A stretch of 57,880 nucleotides of DNA, taken from a virus. Lineage: Duplodnaviria; Caudoviricetes. The notes under the pieces are model-generated. The model worked only from the letters and a program-made list of their open reading frames with translations, was not told where the DNA came from and did not search any database. Shown piece after piece: positions 55,543 to 57,880 of the stretch. The stretch covers positions 1 through 57,880 of IMG/VR virus record IMGVR_UViG_3300049473_000108, one strand, 5' to 3'. Every line of letters starts with the position of its first letter. Position 1 is the stretch's first letter. A program made the translations under genes and the position numbers.

Positions 55543-57690
55543 CTATAACAAAGGTCCCCACTTCGGAAATCTGATTGCTCCTATGTCATAAAGGCCGTCA
55601 CCGTATTGACTTTCAATTATGACGTTTGAGGGCCAAGCAGAACCTTGGCCAATAGCATTAGGATAACCTGTATTCGTCCCTGCATCTATGCACGGCGAAC
55701 CGGCTTGCAACGTAAAATCTCCACCAACGGGATTGGTGAAGAGGGGATTACCGGAAATATTTGAGCTAAAACCATCTAGCAACTCGTTTGCCTCCTCGAC
55801 TGTATAAAGAGTGCCGTCATCGCTTATCCTGTCCTCAGTTCCGGAGTCATATAGACAGTTGTTCTGAAAAGTGGTATTGGTTATTTCCGCGCCATCCTCA
55901 TTCATATAGAAACCAAGGCCAGCCCCGCTCGTATCATTTTCCAGGAAAATATTATTTTTAACAGTGATAGCGTCGATTGGGTAACTCCAAGCATCGAATT
56001 CAATTCCCGCATCATAAGCGTTATAGAAGCAGTTGCCATAGATATAGAGATTTTTTGCCCTGTAATTTTCTACAGCATAAATGCATAGAGCTGGTCCGAA
56101 GTTATCGCCGTTGACGCTTCGAGTCGTGTCAAAAATATTATAGTAAATATAATTGCCATTAGAAGCCATTTGAGCTGGACCAGAATAGTCATGCATGTAA
56201 TTATATCTGACGATATTTCCGGTAGCTTTATTTTCATATCCAACCACCGAAAATGGTTTGCAGTATAAGGAAATTGGGGCGCTCATATCATTGTATTCGA
56301 TGACGTTGTTATTTACACCTGCGCACGAGGCGTTGGTTCCATACAAACCGATATGGTCATGGCCGAAATCTACTATCGTATTTCCGGAAATCGTGTTATT
56401 CTCGGCAGAATTACAAAAAATTATGCCATCACCATGTGGCTCACCGGAAGCTGGATTCTCTGTTGTCGTCCACTTTCTATCTACGGTATTATTTCGTATG
56501 ATATTATATTCAGCCTTGGTGCTGTCACTATAAGTCAGGTGGTATATACCGTTCAAACCGGCATACTCAAAGATGCAGTTTTCAACTATATTGTAGTCAT
56601 GGCCGCTAAGCGTGTACTGGTAATTGGCTCCGCCGATCACACGGATGTTTTGAAAAGTTATGTAGTCTTGAAGAATGATGGCAGAGTCATCATAACTCAG
56701 TATTTCAACGCCAGGGGATGTATAGGAAGTAGCAGGATTACCGCTCGGGGAATATACGTAAAGATCGTGTGTGCTATCATCAAAGTACCAGCATGACGTC
56801 GCATCAACAGCTCCAGCGTTCGCCGCCTGTTTTTGTCCCGCTCGGTCAAGGAACAAACGGGTTGGCTCTATCCTACATCCATTGGTGTTTTTTATTGTTA
56901 CTGAATCAGCATAGACAATATCACCACTTGTTTCTATCCATAGCCAGAGATTAGCTGTCGTTGCATAAGTTGTCCTGAAAACTAAGGAGGTTTTTGTCCA
57001 ATCTGCGTATTCTGCATAGCTTCCAACCTTTGCGAACCCTGTTCCAGCAATATATAATCTGACCCTAGCTCCTACAGCAGTTTTAAAATACGCTTCGACA
57101 ACATAATATGTTTCAGTCGAAAGACCACTAATGCCCTGAGTAAAACATTTGCTATCTCCATTGGCAGTCAATTTAACCGAATGCAAGCCAGCTTGGACAT
57201 CTACGACCTCATCTTCTACGGTAATATCTGCGCCGGGATCATTCCAATTATCGGGCAAACCGCCTGTCCAGTTTTCAAATCCGCCATTTAGTACATTATC
57301 AGATCCATAGGAGTAAGCCGCTTTCCAGACATTTCCGCCTTGGTCCGACCACATAGCCGAATCGTCCAGAAGTTGGGCCGCATTTATGATCGGAAGGCCA
57401 TCGGCTGGGGTGCCGTAAGCTCCCCAAGTTATCCTGCTTTCCTCAGATATGCCACTGCCATTATCATACAAAGCTTCTCTAAATTCAGAACCATATTTAA
57501 GCAGAATGGAATCGCCAGCATTTAAGGTAAGCGAGGAAGTTTTGGCCAGTGTTTTAAATGCTGTCTCTTCCGATAGACCGTTGTTGGAATCGCTACCAGA
57601 CGCAGAATCGACATAATATGTCGCTGCCCACCCCCATATCGGCATGAGGCAGAGGAAGGCGGTGAGGAGAATGATTGATAGGCGTTTCAT
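55543..57690 (-). CDS. Secreted right-handed beta-helix protein with inserted CBM4/9-like domain
   Basis: Signal peptide; ATYYVDSASGSDSNNG..FKTL; NVLNGGFENW module; Asn-rich PbH1 repeats; DFTLQAGSPCIDAG..DIGA. Confidence 0.8.
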   Translation of the reverse strand: MKRLSIILLTAFLCLMPIWGWAATYYVDSASGSDSNNGLSEETAFKTLAKTSSLTLNAGDSILLKYGSEFREALYDNGSGISEESRITWGAYGTPADGLPIINAAQLLDDSAMWSDQGGNVWKAAYSYGSDNVLNGGFENWTGGLPDNWNDPGADITVEDEVVDVQAGLHSVKLTANGDSKCFTQGISGLSTETYYVVEAYFKTAVGARVRLYIAGTGFAKVGSYAEYADWTKTSLVFRTTYATTANLWLWIETSGDIVYADSVTIKNTNGCRIEPTRLFLDRAGQKQAANAGAVDATSCWYFDDSTHDLYVYSPSGNPATSYTSPGVEILSYDDSAIILQDYITFQNIRVIGGANYQYTLSGHDYNIVENCIFEYAGLNGIYHLTYSDSTKAEYNIIRNNTVDRKWTTTENPASGEPHGDGIIFCNSAENNTISGNTIVDFGHDHIGLYGTNASCAGVNNNVIEYNDMSAPISLYCKPFSVVGYENKATGNIVRYNYMHDYSGPAQMASNGNYIYYNIFDTTRSVNGDNFGPALCIYAVENYRAKNLYIYGNCFYNAYDAGIEFDAWSYPIDAITVKNNIFLENDTSGAGLGFYMNEDGAEITNTTFQNNCLYDSGTEDRISDDGTLYTVEEANELLDGFSSNISGNPLFTNPVGGDFTLQAGSPCIDAGTNTGYPNAIGQGSAWPSNVIIESQYGDGLYDIGAIRFPKWGPLL

Positions 57691-57753
57691 TTAAGCTCCC
57701 TCAAGTTTTCGATTATTTGTCTCCATTCTCTTTCAAGTTGTCTGTACTCATCT

Positions 57754-57880
57754 TTTATCTCTGGAGGCATTTCCTCAACCAACCCCCATTTGTCCTCTAG
57801 TTTCCACATTCGCTCTTGCAGAGCATTCGCCCTATCCTGAGCTATTTTCTGTTCAAGGCGAATGGAAAGTTCCTGGACAT
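57754..57880. repeat. Terminal direct repeat, copy 2
   Basis: Exact copy of 1-127. Confidence 0.95.

Noticed and set aside
1-57880. Alternative genetic code, diversity-generating retroelement or phage DNA polymerase
   Set aside because: Genes are intact in the standard code with all three stops used; I saw no reverse transcriptase, TR/VR pair or polymerase motifs.

Overview
A complete, circularly assembled temperate podovirus-like dsDNA phage genome of about 57,753 bp; the first 127 bp recur exactly at 57754-57880, most likely an assembler overlap. The minus strand carries replication and accessory genes, terminase, portal, scaffold, major capsid, adaptors, nozzle, tailspike and large ejection proteins. 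It continues across the contig junction into a tail-fibre/lectin and holin/spanin-like block. The plus strand (about 40.3-51.8 kb) is an early operon with a repressor-like HTH, small membrane peptides, a structured non-coding island, an exonuclease, RecT, a tyrosine integrase and an RNAP alpha-CTD-like domain. The top finding is a solo Cas7/Csm3-like RAMP gene (33200-33736) with no CRISPR array. It is preceded by two tandem units, each a block of 11-12 pentamers of strict 5-nt period followed by a conserved GGAGG...ATGCA...ACTTAGAAATA segment, making it a candidate minimal RNA-guided system with a periodic guide. Also notable: a group I intron with a LAGLIDADG ORF splitting the major capsid gene, two HNH genes flanked by recoded duplicates of target-gene ends, and a roughly 530-nt structured RNA island with two aberrant tRNA-like domains. 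All family calls come from motif recognition by eye; no database searches were run.
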